DNA of 63,965 nucleotides, the filler included, from Ionaspis alba (Eukaryota), in assembly GCA_964255285.1 (NCBI GenBank). It is 3 parts of 3 records of this genome, joined end to end, with 100 filler letters (N's around TTAATTAATTAA, not from the genome) between each part and the next. Parts side by side here need not be neighbours in the genome. Positions count along the whole stretch, not along the records: positions 1 to 24,053 come from CAXUUL010000176.1; 2 more parts are not named here. One strand, given 5' to 3'. Within the stretch, counting starts at the first letter, position 1; every line of letters begins with the position of its first letter. The notes below the pieces were generated by a model that worked only from the letters and a program-made list of their open reading frames with translations, was not told the DNA's origin and ran no database searches. Positions 11,651 through 23,280 of the stretch are shown here, piece by piece. The position numbers were made by a program, and so were the translations under genes.

Positions 11651-13057
11651 CTAGTCGATCGGGAACCTCCCCATGGTTGGCAGAACAGGCCGTGGGTCGT
11701 TCAGGTCAACCTCCTCGAAGCCGTCGTCTTCGAGAGTCAAACCATGGGATCCGACCAGTTCGGACTCTGGCTTCTTCCGCGAAGGAATCTCGACGTTGAA
11801 TTCCAGTCTCGTGTTCAGCTTTATGCTATCGGACCTCTCGGCGTCGCCACCTGAGAAATCGGATACCCGGCCGAAGTCGCTGTTGTCAGAAGGCGTCCTC
11901 GGCCCATCATCGACGTTGCCGGCGCGCCTTCCGCGGATTGAACCCCAGGGAGGAGCTAGGAAACGACGGCATATCTCTCCCTCCTCTCGAACCATGTCCA
12001 GGATGTCCTGGATCGTTTCTCGACCTGCTGGGCTGCCGTCCTCGGGGACATACGGCTTCCTGGGTCGTTGAGTTACCTTGTCCTTGTAGTATGGGATCAA
12101 GTTGCTTACACCGATTGCCTTCATGAAATCGAAGACATCGAAGGAGTCATCGTCCACATGATCTACCCAGAGTTTGAGGTGATCTGGGTTTGGAGTCTCG
12201 TGGCAGTACTTCACCATTCCCAAGGCTAGGGATAGCCAGGCAATAATGGCATCAGGATTTACACATCCTCGATGCTGCCGCAGCTCGATCGTCCTCTTGG
12301 TCGTTCGGGGGATATAGGCTCGATCGAGGTTTGTGTAATTGTAAGCCCACTGTCGGTTTACGTCCGGATTCATGAGCTGCACGAAGCTAGGCAGATCGTC
12401 GCACGCCTCAATCGCTTTCCCTCGGAGGAATGGATCTAGCTGCCATAGGTAGCGACATTCCGAGTTCAGTCTGCAGTAGCGATTCCCGATACGGTCGTCC
12501 GAATGCAGAGAATTGATTTGGTGCTCGAATGCCAAGGTCAGCTGCGCGATCTTCTTCAGCGTTTCAAGGGGCCAATCCTTGTCCTCCAGGCTGGCACCTA
12601 TGTGGATGTGAGTGGATGTGCTAGAGTTTCGTTCGACGATGACATACTTGGACTTGACGAGGTCAAGCACCTTTCTAATCTCAACGAAGCTCTCTCGCTT
12701 CCAAGGGAGAACTCTGGAGATCAGTTCCATCGATAGGTATTTGTAACCGGGGTCGTTCTTGCGGTCGTCGCTGTCCCGTGCCTGGATTGTCGCGTCATTC
12801 TCTACCCTCCAGTGTGTACCATACCTTGGGGAGAAATACCTTTCGCCTCCGCTCGCGGGGTGAGCGCCGTTTACGGCAATGCCGTGCTCACTTAGTAAAT
12901 CAACAATACTCAGTTGGATTCCGTCGAGTCCTCGGACTGAAGCCCACTCTCTAAATCCCTCCTGAATCGTATCAATTGCCTCCTGGAAGGGAATCTTCAA
13001 AACGCACTCGAACTCCACCCCGAAACTCAACTCGAGTGGAGGTATGTGCTCAGCCAT
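11651..13057 (-). CDS. Putative amidoligase (COOH-NH2 ligase / Amidoligase_2-like)
   Basis: Motifs FGVEFE, WRVENDATI, MELIS, STHIHIG, YNYTNL, TIELRQHRG. First ATG at 13057 (the ORF track starts at a TTG). Confidence 0.8.
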   Translation of the reverse strand: MAEHIPPLELSFGVEFECVLKIPFQEAIDTIQEGFREWASVRGLDGIQLSIVDLLSEHGIAVNGAHPASGGERYFSPRYGTHWRVENDATIQARDSDDRKNDPGYKYLSMELISRVLPWKRESFVEIRKVLDLVKSKYVIVERNSSTSTHIHIGASLEDKDWPLETLKKIAQLTLAFEHQINSLHSDDRIGNRYCRLNSECRYLWQLDPFLRGKAIEACDDLPSFVQLMNPDVNRQWAYNYTNLDRAYIPRTTKRTIELRQHRGCVNPDAIIAWLSLALGMVKYCHETPNPDHLKLWVDHVDDDSFDVFDFMKAIGVSNLIPYYKDKVTQRPRKPYVPEDGSPAGRETIQDILDMVREEGEICRRFLAPPWGSIRGRRAGNVDDGPRTPSDNSDFGRVSDFSGGDAERSDSIKLNTRLEFNVEIPSRKKPESELVGSHGLTLEDDGFEEVDLNDPRPVLPTMGRFPID

Positions 13058-13470
13058 TCGTGCCGCGATGGGTGCTGTGTGTTCGTTGTCTGTGTCTTTG
13101 TGGATGATTTCGGTACTTTGGTGTGTTCTGGTGGGCAAGAGATATCAACACCTGAAAATCAACAATGCCAGGTATGAATTTTATACCAAGGAATATAACA
13201 ATGTCCATTGTGTGGATTCTTATCTTATAGCTCTTTGTTTGATTGTGTTCGAAGGGCATGCTGAACAAAGGGAACTGTTTCTATACTCGGAGTTGGAAAG
13301 TTGAGCCCAAAACAAAGAACCCTAAGATTACACCAATGCCGTTTGCGGCCAAGTCTCGAAGATACCATTTCACGTCGCTCATAGTCACATAGTCTTCTCA
13401 TTCAAAGACTGACCTGTCTCTTCAATCTAAGCCAAGCTGAACATACGTCTCTGCTCAACAACTGCTCGGT

Positions 13471-16293
13471 ATGGCAGATTATCCGCACGGTCTCCTCGAT
13501 CTTCGGATCTTCCTGTTCATGTGCGTATTCCTCATCCTCTACGCTCTCGACTCTTTCGCGATCTATGCAAGTTCAGAACCAGATCTGCTCGAGGCGTTGG
13601 AACTCATCATTTCTAAACCATGGGTGCGAAAAGTTCTCCTGCTTGACCTTACTCAGAACCTAGCTAGGGGGTTGCTGTCATTCTCCCTTGTCAAATGGAT
13701 TGTGGTAGATCTCTTGCTTCATTCAAAGGTTCGAAGGATTATCGTCTGGATTCCGTATTTCTTCGCGACCGCGTTGATCATAATCAGATGCATCAGGACT
13801 TCGACACCGCCTGGAACTCCTGGTACACCATACTTTTTTCGGGATTCCGGCAGAAAGACCTACACAGCTGGTAGTGCGATCAAGATGAGACTGACAGGTG
13901 ACACCATACGAGGATTTGCGGATCATTATCCAACTGCTCATCCGGCCGATAGCTCTCAAAATTCTATATTGCAAAGGTTTCAGCGTCCGACGAGCATCGG
14001 AAGGTCTGCTCTCTCAATGTCAATAAGCGCCTATCCTGAACAGAACCAAGATTCACCAGCGCGGCCAGACGTCCCTGATCGCCCAAGTGCGCCGTCAGGT
14101 CTCCGCATCTCAGTCAGTCCTGTGCCTGCAGACACAAGCGAAGATGATTCTGAACTGTCATGTGAGGGTGAGGACAACATGCCTCAAACACCTAAGCCAT
14201 CACGAGAATCATTCAAGCATCTTGTGAGTACACTAAACACCATGTTCCGCTCTGTGCTTGCTCCGGAGTATCATTCGCCGGGCGGCGCCGATTCGGAGGG
14301 AGACCGTGAGGAACTCCAGGAAGACCATAAAACGCTCAACGAAGGCGTTGATGAGCAGCGAAGTCAAACGCAAATAACGAGTCGGAACCTCAAACAGGCC
14401 GTACAGAATGCCTATCCTGGAAAAGAGATTGATGTCTCCCAATTGTCCCGAGCGGTCAGACAAGCTCTGCCGAATATCGAATATTGTCGACAGTTGAAAG
14501 TTCTGTACCAACACCAAAAGATCGAGGCAGACGAGTTATATGAGAGAACCGAGAACCAGAGGATGTTCATCAAGGAGATGTCAAAGCAGAACAAAACGTT
14601 GAAAGACGAACTAATAGCAGCTCGGCGGCGCGTTGTAGAATTGAACGGAGAGACGAATCACGTTAGTAGCAACGAGCCGAGGCGCGACGCTAACGAATCC
14701 GATATACACCCACTCCACCGCAGGGACAGTATCGAGAACAGCAGTGGCGAAGTCCCTCTAACAGCTGAGAACGGACTAGAGCAAAGCTTGAAGACGGCAA
14801 ATGGTAAGATCAAGAACCTCAGGGACCTTGTCCGCAAGCAGGGAACTAAGATCCATGATCTGATGGTGGCAAACCACATTATCGAGAGCGGTAATAGAGT
14901 TCTGAGCCAGGATGTTAACAGATTGAGGGGAGAAAGGAATGACCTAAGGCTAGCAAGACAGAACCTCGTGTTTGAAATTAACAATATGAAAGAAGATAAC
15001 AAGGATATGAAGGAGAAGCTGCAAGCGTTAGCTCCCAGTTTTGGCACAAGGCAAACAGGGCTCGAAATGCAGATTGAGGCGCCAAACGAAACGCGAACGA
15101 CTACCTCGGATGCTAACAACATGTTGCCCGTGGGTAGAGGGCCGGTCCAAGACGACCAACATATCCAAGCTCAAAATACTAAACTTACGGAAGATGATCG
15201 AGCAACAGCAAAGATGGCCAGTCAACGTGTGGCCAGCAATACTTCGCCTATCGAGGCATCTTGGCAGGCTGAATTGGAGAGGTGCAGGAACCATGGGCGA
15301 GAGCTCCAGATAATGTTGGACGCCTGCAGGAAGGAAGGTCAAGCACGACAGGAAGAATTAAAAGTATCGCAAGCGATAATCACACAGCTTCTACAAGACA
15401 TGACAACTCTGACTACCGCGGAAGACAGCCTGGCAAATGCTAGCACAGACCGCGGTAATAGTGTAGTCATCCCTCCGCAAACAGCTCAATATAACGAAAA
15501 CTTAGCGAGCGTCGTCCTGCCTAGGCTAGATCTCCTCACTCGGCGACACGAAGCCCAACTGACCAGATTCAACGACACAGGGAAGGAGATGACCAGCCTC
15601 CGCGAAGAGAACCGGACACTTCAGCAGACCATCATCATTCACGAGGACAATATTGCCATGTTGGAAGCGGAGATCACAAAATTAATGGCAGCTCTCGAAG
15701 AGAACCCACACTCCGCTAACGCAGCTGAGATCGAAATCGCCCGGCTCAAGATTCAGTATCAGCGGCTGGAGAGAGCGTACAAGAACTACCGCGATTCGGT
15801 CGATACTATCATCCAAGACAACAAGAATTACAAGCAGGAGATCAGCCAGCTCAATCGAGACCAGTCTGCTCCTTCGTTCCATGCGGCGGTAGTGCCCCGA
15901 GGCCGGACTGTCTACGTATACGTCGATCCTGAGAGCGGAGAGAAGTTGCGGACCACTGCACCTAATAGCGAAGAGGCCAAAGCCTTCAAAAGAAATATTC
16001 ACGAGAGCCTCATGGTGGGCCACTTCCTGCGTGAGCAATATGTCGAGCTGCTTGAAACGCACAATGAGATGCATGCCGAGTGGCATGACATTTACAGTCT
16101 CTACCTGCGACTGAAGATGAGGCACTTTGTGCAGCTTGATAAATACCAGGAATTGGTGCTTCGCTATAACAAGCTGTTAAATCTGGTGAGGAGGAGACTG
16201 GTGCCGATCATGAATACCTATAAGAAGTATTATGAGGAGGGTGTGGCTGATGATGTGTCGCAGGCCAGACTGTTGCAGGAACAAAGGATATAG
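13471..16293 (+). CDS. Uncharacterised 940-aa coiled-coil protein with hydrophobic N-terminal segments
   Basis: Single uninterrupted ORF with 2-3 hydrophobic stretches in the first ~110 aa, an S/P-rich linker and long heptad-rich regions. Confidence 0.7.
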   Translation: MADYPHGLLDLRIFLFMCVFLILYALDSFAIYASSEPDLLEALELIISKPWVRKVLLLDLTQNLARGLLSFSLVKWIVVDLLLHSKVRRIIVWIPYFFATALIIIRCIRTSTPPGTPGTPYFFRDSGRKTYTAGSAIKMRLTGDTIRGFADHYPTAHPADSSQNSILQRFQRPTSIGRSALSMSISAYPEQNQDSPARPDVPDRPSAPSGLRISVSPVPADTSEDDSELSCEGEDNMPQTPKPSRESFKHLVSTLNTMFRSVLAPEYHSPGGADSEGDREELQEDHKTLNEGVDEQRSQTQITSRNLKQAVQNAYPGKEIDVSQLSRAVRQALPNIEYCRQLKVLYQHQKIEADELYERTENQRMFIKEMSKQNKTLKDELIAARRRVVELNGETNHVSSNEPRRDANESDIHPLHRRDSIENSSGEVPLTAENGLEQSLKTANGKIKNLRDLVRKQGTKIHDLMVANHIIESGNRVLSQDVNRLRGERNDLRLARQNLVFEINNMKEDNKDMKEKLQALAPSFGTRQTGLEMQIEAPNETRTTTSDANNMLPVGRGPVQDDQHIQAQNTKLTEDDRATAKMASQRVASNTSPIEASWQAELERCRNHGRELQIMLDACRKEGQARQEELKVSQAIITQLLQDMTTLTTAEDSLANASTDRGNSVVIPPQTAQYNENLASVVLPRLDLLTRRHEAQLTRFNDTGKEMTSLREENRTLQQTIIIHEDNIAMLEAEITKLMAALEENPHSANAAEIEIARLKIQYQRLERAYKNYRDSVDTIIQDNKNYKQEISQLNRDQSAPSFHAAVVPRGRTVYVYVDPESGEKLRTTAPNSEEAKAFKRNIHESLMVGHFLREQYVELLETHNEMHAEWHDIYSLYLRLKMRHFVQLDKYQELVLRYNKLLNLVRRRLVPIMNTYKKYYEEGVADDVSQARLLQEQRI

Positions 16294-16742
16294 TAAAGTG
16301 CTGGACTAGAGAATGAGACCGGTAGAGGTAGAGATGATGGTGTTCCTGATGAAGCCTCCCGCGTATGTGGGCATATACTAGAGGCGAGAGGAAATACCAG
16401 TATGCTCTTGACTTGAAGTAGTAAAGGAGGTAACTTAGCGGTGTCATCGGCGTGCTTGATTGTGGAGGTTCTTGTAACGGTATTAATCTTGTTGGTCCTT
16501 AAGCTTGTGCGCCACTTGAATTTGAGAGATCTTAGAACATTTTCTGATAATGAATGATACGGAGTGCTATTCTATCACAGGGATTTGTCAGCCATTCCTC
16601 AACAATGGTGTTTTCATCGAAACTCGTGCCACAGTGATAGCCATGCCATGGAGCAGATCAACCTTCCAATTTTCAGCTGTAACAGTGTTTTCTCCCTCCG
16701 CCAAGCGATGTGGACATCTCTCAAGATTGTCTCTTCTCCTAG

Positions 16743-17393
16743 CTACAGCCCGCACATAGCCATTATCACAGCATCCGATCCTACTTCCGCGTTGACATCC
16801 CCGAGATATCCAACCCATCCCTCCCCAACCTTGCCAAATGCAACAGCGGCCTGGGACAAATCGGTGACGGGCTGGCTCGGAAAAACAAGCGACTGTGTTA
16901 CAGACTCGCTAGACGGCGAGTACAACGCCGCGTCCGAGGCAACGTTTTTGAGAAAGAGCGTCTTTTGACTATAGGCAGCTGGCAAGCCTGCCTTTGCGAT
17001 ATGTGGCACATCGGGACTCAAGTGGACAGTTGTACGGTAGTAATCTCCACGTTTCCAGGGAAGATCAAAGTGTGTGCGGAAGAGATTTTCGAGGTCTTCA
17101 GGGTGAACGAAGGAGCTGAAGTGTCCCATGAAAACGACGGTGCCACCCGAGCGGGCGTAAACGGCTACTTTCTCCAACACAGCGGCATATTTAGGTATTG
17201 TGATACCTTCGTCAGTAATCAGGACAGCGGCTGGCCGATTGTTCGCCAGATAATTGATAGCCGCGGTCGGCTTCGAGGCGCGTTGCAGGGTAGCATGTAA
17301 TGCGAGCTTGTCGATTAAGCGGCTGTATTGTTCGTCGAAGAAAGGTTGTTGGGAAAGAGAGAGAAGGAAAATACGAGGTGTCGTGGTTGTCAT
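16743..17393 (-). CDS. Conserved hypothetical protein (possibly class I glutamine amidotransferase-like fold)
   Basis: 216-aa ORF from MTTTTPR with PAAVLITDEG, YARSGGTVVF, FDLPWKRGDY, GWVGYLGDVNAE. Confidence 0.7.
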   Translation of the reverse strand: MTTTTPRIFLLSLSQQPFFDEQYSRLIDKLALHATLQRASKPTAAINYLANNRPAAVLITDEGITIPKYAAVLEKVAVYARSGGTVVFMGHFSSFVHPEDLENLFRTHFDLPWKRGDYYRTTVHLSPDVPHIAKAGLPAAYSQKTLFLKNVASDAALYSPSSESVTQSLVFPSQPVTDLSQAAVAFGKVGEGWVGYLGDVNAEVGSDAVIMAMCGL

Positions 17394-17667
17394 CGTGATC
17401 GGCAGAGAGATACTGCAACAAGGTTGACTGATTGATGATTGGCTTGGTGGGAAACTGTTAATAGAGCTGCAGGTAAGAAGCGAACGAGTGATTTCTCTGA
17501 TCCCCGAAGGTGCTGAAGTTGTCGAGGACGGTTCGAGGCAAAGAAACAACCAACGCGTGACGCGGATGGACTAACCTTGAAGAGCCAAGCTTGGTGCAAG
17601 GTAGTCGTGGGCTCCAGAATCCTTCCACAATGAAGATTTCCCTTTCAAGAAGGCACGAATTTGTCGA

Positions 17668-19585
17668 CTACAACACTCCCCACACACCCAGTGGATCTGC
17701 TCTGTAATTCGCGGTCCTCTCCTTCACCTGTAGTTTCTTGACCCTGCGCACGAGAACCCCAACAGATGTAGGCCCGACAATGGTACAAAGAACGATAGCC
17801 CACATCACAACGAGATAGATATCCGAGGTGGTTCCATGGAAACCTTTGTCCGTTGGCGGAGATGACTCCGGCGCAGGCGAGGAGAAGACCCCATTACTGG
17901 CCGCGACGGACGCCATGAGGAAGCCAATCTCTCCACGGGCGATCATGGCAGAACCGAGTATCGAGGCAGGGTAGAGGGAAAGCGGCTTCGCAGGTAAGAT
18001 ATGATGGGATATAGGCTCCGCAGAAGTATCTGGTGATCCTGGCAATCTGTCCGAGAACTGAGTGATGGCATCAGCCACATTCGCCTCGTCACTCGGCTGC
18101 ACTTGTCCAGGGGCTGGCTGTTCGACGACGCCGTCTACAACTTGAGAGTCCCCATGTATTGATGCTGGTTCTTGTGATTTTTCTCCTGTGTTCTTGTGAC
18201 CGAAAAGCGCTTGCACTGCCCCAAACTGATTCTTCATCAATCTTGAAAACGACCAGGAGAATCTTATGAGCCAAAGTCCTGTGAGAAGCTTGCCAAAAGC
18301 CATCAGAATAGCGTAGATAATGCCTCGCCACACGATTGCTCTTGTGAACATTCGAGATACTGGTATAGAAAATCCTATTGATGCCTGAACACTCATGTCA
18401 ACAGGCATGGGGACCGAAGCACCACATATGTCGAACGTACAAAGAAGAACGGTTTCAAGATCGTAGAGGTGGGATTTTCGTAGTAACGCTTATAGACAAA
18501 GAGTCCATCTGAATGTTTGAGATAATCATTGCGAGCAGATCCGCGCACAGTATCCTCTTGTGAACGGTTCGTCTTCACTGATTTGACTCTTTGCTTCGTC
18601 TCTGAAGTTGGTGAAGCATCTCCTGTACCCGATACAGTCCTTTTCCTATTCAGCGGCTGCCAACCCTCGGAATACCACCATGCTGTCGAAGCACCAGCGA
18701 GGTATGCTGCAAACAAATTCGACGCCCCTGCGAAGCTCGCTGCCGTCACCAGTCCAATTAAGATAGCACTATGAACTGCAAACGTGCTGTGTTTGTATCC
18801 AAGCATCTTCACCACCCAGTAATCTCTTCCAAATTCTCTCGATGCACGGATCCAGCTCGTGAGTGGTCTGACAATGAGGCCACAAACAAGCACTAACACA
18901 AGGACAAGACCAATAGAGGCGCCGAGCGGGCGAACAACACTCGCAGCATGGAAGGATGAACTTGATGAACCAAGATTAGAAATCACCTGTATCATTACTA
19001 AGCCCACTACATCGTCCATCATTGCCGCACTTGCCAGCACCGTTCCCAGCCGCGTGGCTATCAGCCTGCTAGAGCTCAGCACCGTGAAGGTCGTACCCAG
19101 ACTCGTTGAGCAGAGTGCAGCTCCAGCGGCAAAAGCCTGCAATGGAGTCGCGTCTGACAGTGGAAGCAGCGAAAAGGAGAGCGCAATGGGAAGAACTATG
19201 CCTGTAGCAGCTACCTCTGCGGAAAGAAAGAGATTTGCTTTTAAAGAGGAGAAAGAGACGGATAGACCGCCTACATATGTCAGACGTGTCAAAATCGGTA
19301 CCAGACATACAGTCCATGTGTCGTGGTACCTTCGTAGACAATCAGTATCAATCCGAGATAGCCTAGCTCTACAATCAGGCTCTCAGCACCTTCTGTCAAC
19401 CACTTTGCTCCTGGAGTTCCCCATGCAATACCAATAACAACTTGTCCCAAAAGGCCACAGTAGATTGCTTTGTCCAGCATGTAATTTATCACATTAAGTA
19501 AGAGGAGGAAAGACGAGTTCAAGAGGATGTTGATGATCTCAGGCTCAGTATAAGGGAGTGCAGTAAGGGCGGACGTTGATGCCAT
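17668..19585 (-). CDS. Na+(K+)/H+ antiporter (CPA family, Kha1-like)
   Basis: LGYLGLILIVYEG|GLS, AALCSTSLGTT, AAMMDDVVGL, PFFF|ASIGF, ARGEIGF. Introns 19329-19271 and 18440-18385. Confidence 0.88.
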
Positions 19586-20144
19586 GGTGGAAACCCAGGT
19601 TTGTCGCTCGATACTTTACGAAATTTCATCCTNNNNNNNNNNNNNNNNNNNNNNNNNNNNNNNNNNNNNNNNNNNNNNNNNNNNNNNNNNNNNNNNNNNN
19701 NNNNNNNNNNNNNNNNNNNNNNNNNNNNNNNNAGAGCTAAATCCTTCTCAATCCTTCGAGATCATGAACCGAGCGCTCGTTCGCTCGGCTCGTCGTCTCT
19801 CACTTGTGGAGGCTGGTTTTGGGGGCGGTCGGAAATTAGCAACTACTTGATTTGAGGGTCGAAGTTCATGCTTCTGTCCAAAGGCGTCTGAAGATGATCT
19901 TTCTGCTAGCGTATGACAATTATGATGACCCCTGTATAATTTGATCCTTCACGAGTTCTAAAATGCGCAGTATTCAACCAGATGCATGCTCTAGGGATGC
20001 AAATCAACCGGGCTCATGAAGCTGCGCATTTTCTTCCCGGTCGCGCTGTTTTCTCTTTCATAATGGCTTGCGGATAACACTGTGCATTCTGTGTCACCTC
20101 TTTCTTGCTATCGGCAACTCTGATTTCGTTCTTAATATTCCTTG

Positions 20145-21011
20145 ATGGAGAGTCACAGGTCTACAGGCTACGAAGGTCTTCAAACGATCGACCACTCGCA
20201 ACTAGAGCACTCGCAACTAGAGCACGACAATGGCAACGATTTACCGGAGAAAGTACGGCAACATGAAGAACATCAGACTCGCTTGGCTGAAGCGGATGCC
20301 CGGCTGCCTCATGGCCAAAGATCACAGAAGGATCCATGGAAGAAGAGGGCTATCTGGATCGGAGTTGTTTTAGGCATTCTGGTCGTTGCTGCCGCCGTGG
20401 CTGGCGGAGTTGCAGGAAGTGTTGCTGTTCGGAATGCTTCGGAGTACGTTATCTTGACTGCCACGCCTACTAGCTACGAAGTTGACAGAGAGGTTTTTAG
20501 TCGTGCTGCATCTTTCTGTCCTACTATTACTCCACAGAACAATTCGTGTCTGGCAAACGTCTCGTCAACACAAAACACTTCAACGCAGAACACATCCTCC
20601 ACTCTCAGCGCAAATACTACGTTCTTCAACTACACTCTAGACGCAAACGGGGCCCCAACAAATATCTCTGTCCCAAAGCCCAACATGGTCCCATTCCTCG
20701 CTCTCGACTGTCCAGCCATAGACTCCCAAATCCATCCAAGTGCTACCGGTAGTCTATTCGTAGTGCAATGTGGGCTATCCCTGTCAGGGGCAGACTTGGT
20801 CGGTATCGTTGCCTACAGTCTTTACGATTGTATCGATGCGTGTGCAACGATGAACGTCTTCCTTAATGCGTCAACCTGCAAGACTGTGCATTTTACTACC
20901 GTTATGGCAGGCTCGTATGCCTCCAACCTCCACAGCAATTGCTGGCTGAAGACTGCTGTGATTCCAACAGGAGAGAGTCCAACCTCTGCGAATGCCAAGC
21001 TACTAAATTGA
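20145..21011 (+). CDS. Single-pass membrane protein with S/T/N-glycosylation-rich stalk and Cys-rich (PAN/apple-like) C-terminal domain
   Basis: KKR followed by TM AIWIGVVLGILVVAAAVAGGVAG. Many NxS/T sites. C..C..CIDAC..C..NCWLK pattern. Probable intron ~20443-20500. 15-nt duplication CACTCGCAACTAGAG near 20193. Confidence 0.7.
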   Translation: MESHRSTGYEGLQTIDHSQLEHSQLEHDNGNDLPEKVRQHEEHQTRLAEADARLPHGQRSQKDPWKKRAIWIGVVLGILVVAAAVAGGVAGSVAVRNASEYVILTATPTSYEVDREVFSRAASFCPTITPQNNSCLANVSSTQNTSTQNTSSTLSANTTFFNYTLDANGAPTNISVPKPNMVPFLALDCPAIDSQIHPSATGSLFVVQCGLSLSGADLVGIVAYSLYDCIDACATMNVFLNASTCKTVHFTTVMAGSYASNLHSNCWLKTAVIPTGESPTSANAKLLN

Positions 21012-21668
21012 AAAAGGCTGATTGGGTACTTTTGTACTTCTGACGACCCTATATCGGGAGAATCTGAGACTGTTCTTAGAGCTGTTTCACTATTGGCATT
21101 CTCGTTTAGTTGTACAGCGATTGATGAAACATATTAGGGAGTACAGGGACTGGAAGAGCGATAGGGAATGTTTTTAATAGCAAACATACCAGCTAGTAGT
21201 ATAAGCTTTCGAAGTTCGATCAAATGTTGTCGTAAACTTCCAGTGAAACAGTTAGTTCGACAACAGCATGCACGTCCCTCTAATGCTTGCATCCTCCAGT
21301 GACACGACAGCTTCGAATCAATGGAATGGCACGCGGTCAAAAGAACTAGTGGCACAAACTACAGGGACGTCAGCTATATATTGAACACTTGGAGGCTGCC
21401 CACTGCCTTCATGTCTTGGGGGATTTCTAGCGGACTCCCAGTTGAATCGCCGCGTTGGGTTGCCTACTGATTTGCAAGCCGCGTGGATGGGCGTCTAAAT
21501 CTCCGAAAATCTAACAGGCTATTACCGTCTCGAGCTTGGCGAGTCAAAACAACCTCGACGCGCCAAACACTACACTGCAGATACACCAATCAATCACCGA
21601 CCTTGCTCAAAGAAGACCTTTTTTATCCTTGCCTACCTTAAAGAATCTGATCTCTTCGACCCAAATCA

Positions 21669-22823
21669 ATGAGTAGTCGATTCCTCCCAGGAGTGGGGAT
21701 TAACCTCGGGGGCCCTCGTGGTGGTAAGGGCAAGACCACCGGCCCCGCAGGGAAAGGTCTTGGTCATGGAGGGACCAGAAGGCATAGGTATGTTGTTCCG
21801 TTCACCTTTTAGTAAATCCGTCAAAGGAACTCGACCTGCAAGCATCGAAATGCTGAAGTACCAAGAGCGAGGTTAAATCAGTAAACAAGTAGTTCTAAGT
21901 GGTCCAATTGTGCTGACTGCATGGATAGGAAAATCCTACGAGACAACGTCAAAGGGATTAGTGAGTCCCAACTTCCAGTGGAAAGACTTGTTCCGAGGAG
22001 TAGACGCTTGAGTTGCTGACAGGATGGAATCTGGTAGCCAAAGGAGCTATCAGGTAAGTTTTTTTCACTCCCAATGATTTCTCTTCTTCTACACTGGTGC
22101 TTACATGGTTGTCGTCATGCACGTCCTTGACAAAATCTCGACGCTCAATCTCGAAGTCATCTCTGAATCGCTCTTCATTGTTCGTAGCGATATTATCGAG
22201 ATCTATACTCTACTTTCCCTGCATTGATACACTTCTACCACTTTCACATCAAGCTGAAAAATCGTTGCAGACGACTGGCCCGCCGCGGGGGAGTAAAGAG
22301 AATCTCGCACCCGATATATGAGGAGGTCAGAGAAGCATTGAAGAAACGCTTGGAAGACGTGAGCTCTTTGATCTTCTGATCCGACATCAGCTCTAGCTTA
22401 CAGCCCTTCTATCACTAGATCATTAGGGATTGTTGCACGATTCTTGATTACACAGGTCGCAAGAGTGAGTTATGACTATGCTACCTTCCACTTCAGGATA
22501 CATCATGCTGATTCACGTCGTGGTGGACAGCTATTACTGTGACAGATGTAAGTTTGAGACACTGAAGTCTGATCTCCCTTGGGGGCTTACAGAGACTGAT
22601 TACCCTAGGTCATATTCTCGCTCAAACGCGTAGGTCTCTTGGTTCTCAGGTGTTGGTGGCCTCTACTGGCGAAATTGTCTGACTGACGTGCTCTATTTCC
22701 ACTTGCAGCAAGGTCAACCTATATACGGTCAGATGACTTACCCTTTTCACACCTTCCTCAACTAATGTTTCTGGAAAAGGCTTCGATTCGGAGTTCGCAA
22801 AGGGCAAACGAGGCCGCGGATAA
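21669..22823 (+). CDS. Divergent histone H4 variant (H4v/H4E-like), 9 exons, 133 aa
   Basis: Exons 21669-21787, 21929-21960, 22038-22053, 22271-22358, 22419-22464, 22531-22547, 22609-22629, 22709-22727, 22780-22823 (402 nt, all GT-AG). They give [55 protein letters not shown]. Absent from the ORF track. Confidence 0.92.
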
Positions 22824-23280
22824 GCTCACAATTGATCGCCTACGGAGTTCTTCGATCGGCTTGCCGAATTCAACCAAGCAAAGCAGGAGTTTCGGCAATC
22901 ATCGATATTTGATATGATAGATGGGATGCGACATCACGTTGCTTTTGCTTTAGACTTCTTTCGGTATCTACGAGATCTATACCCTTCTGCTAGCATGGCG
23001 CTGGGCTCTCGGTATTAGCTTGGAAGTGTTTTTCTGTAATGGTCGGGCTCGCTGGTGTGTGGAAAATGTACACGAAACGGATGGTGTGGTCAGACTGAAC
23101 GGGAATAAAAATTTCGAAGATCATGGTACAGGACTTGTACACAGACTCTATTATGTGGTCATCCAGCAAATCTATATAATCCAGGTCCCATGATATACAT
23201 CGTGCCGTTTCCTCGTTAATTGTAAGAAGAACGATCGAAGGTCTAGAAGATCCGTTGTCCAACTCTATACAAAGATGAGC

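Noticed and set aside
21788..22270. Longer introns 1 and 3 of the H4 variant as possible stwintrons or snoRNA hosts
   Set aside because: No internal splice-signal set that rebuilds a donor or acceptor, and no convincing C/D boxes with a stem.
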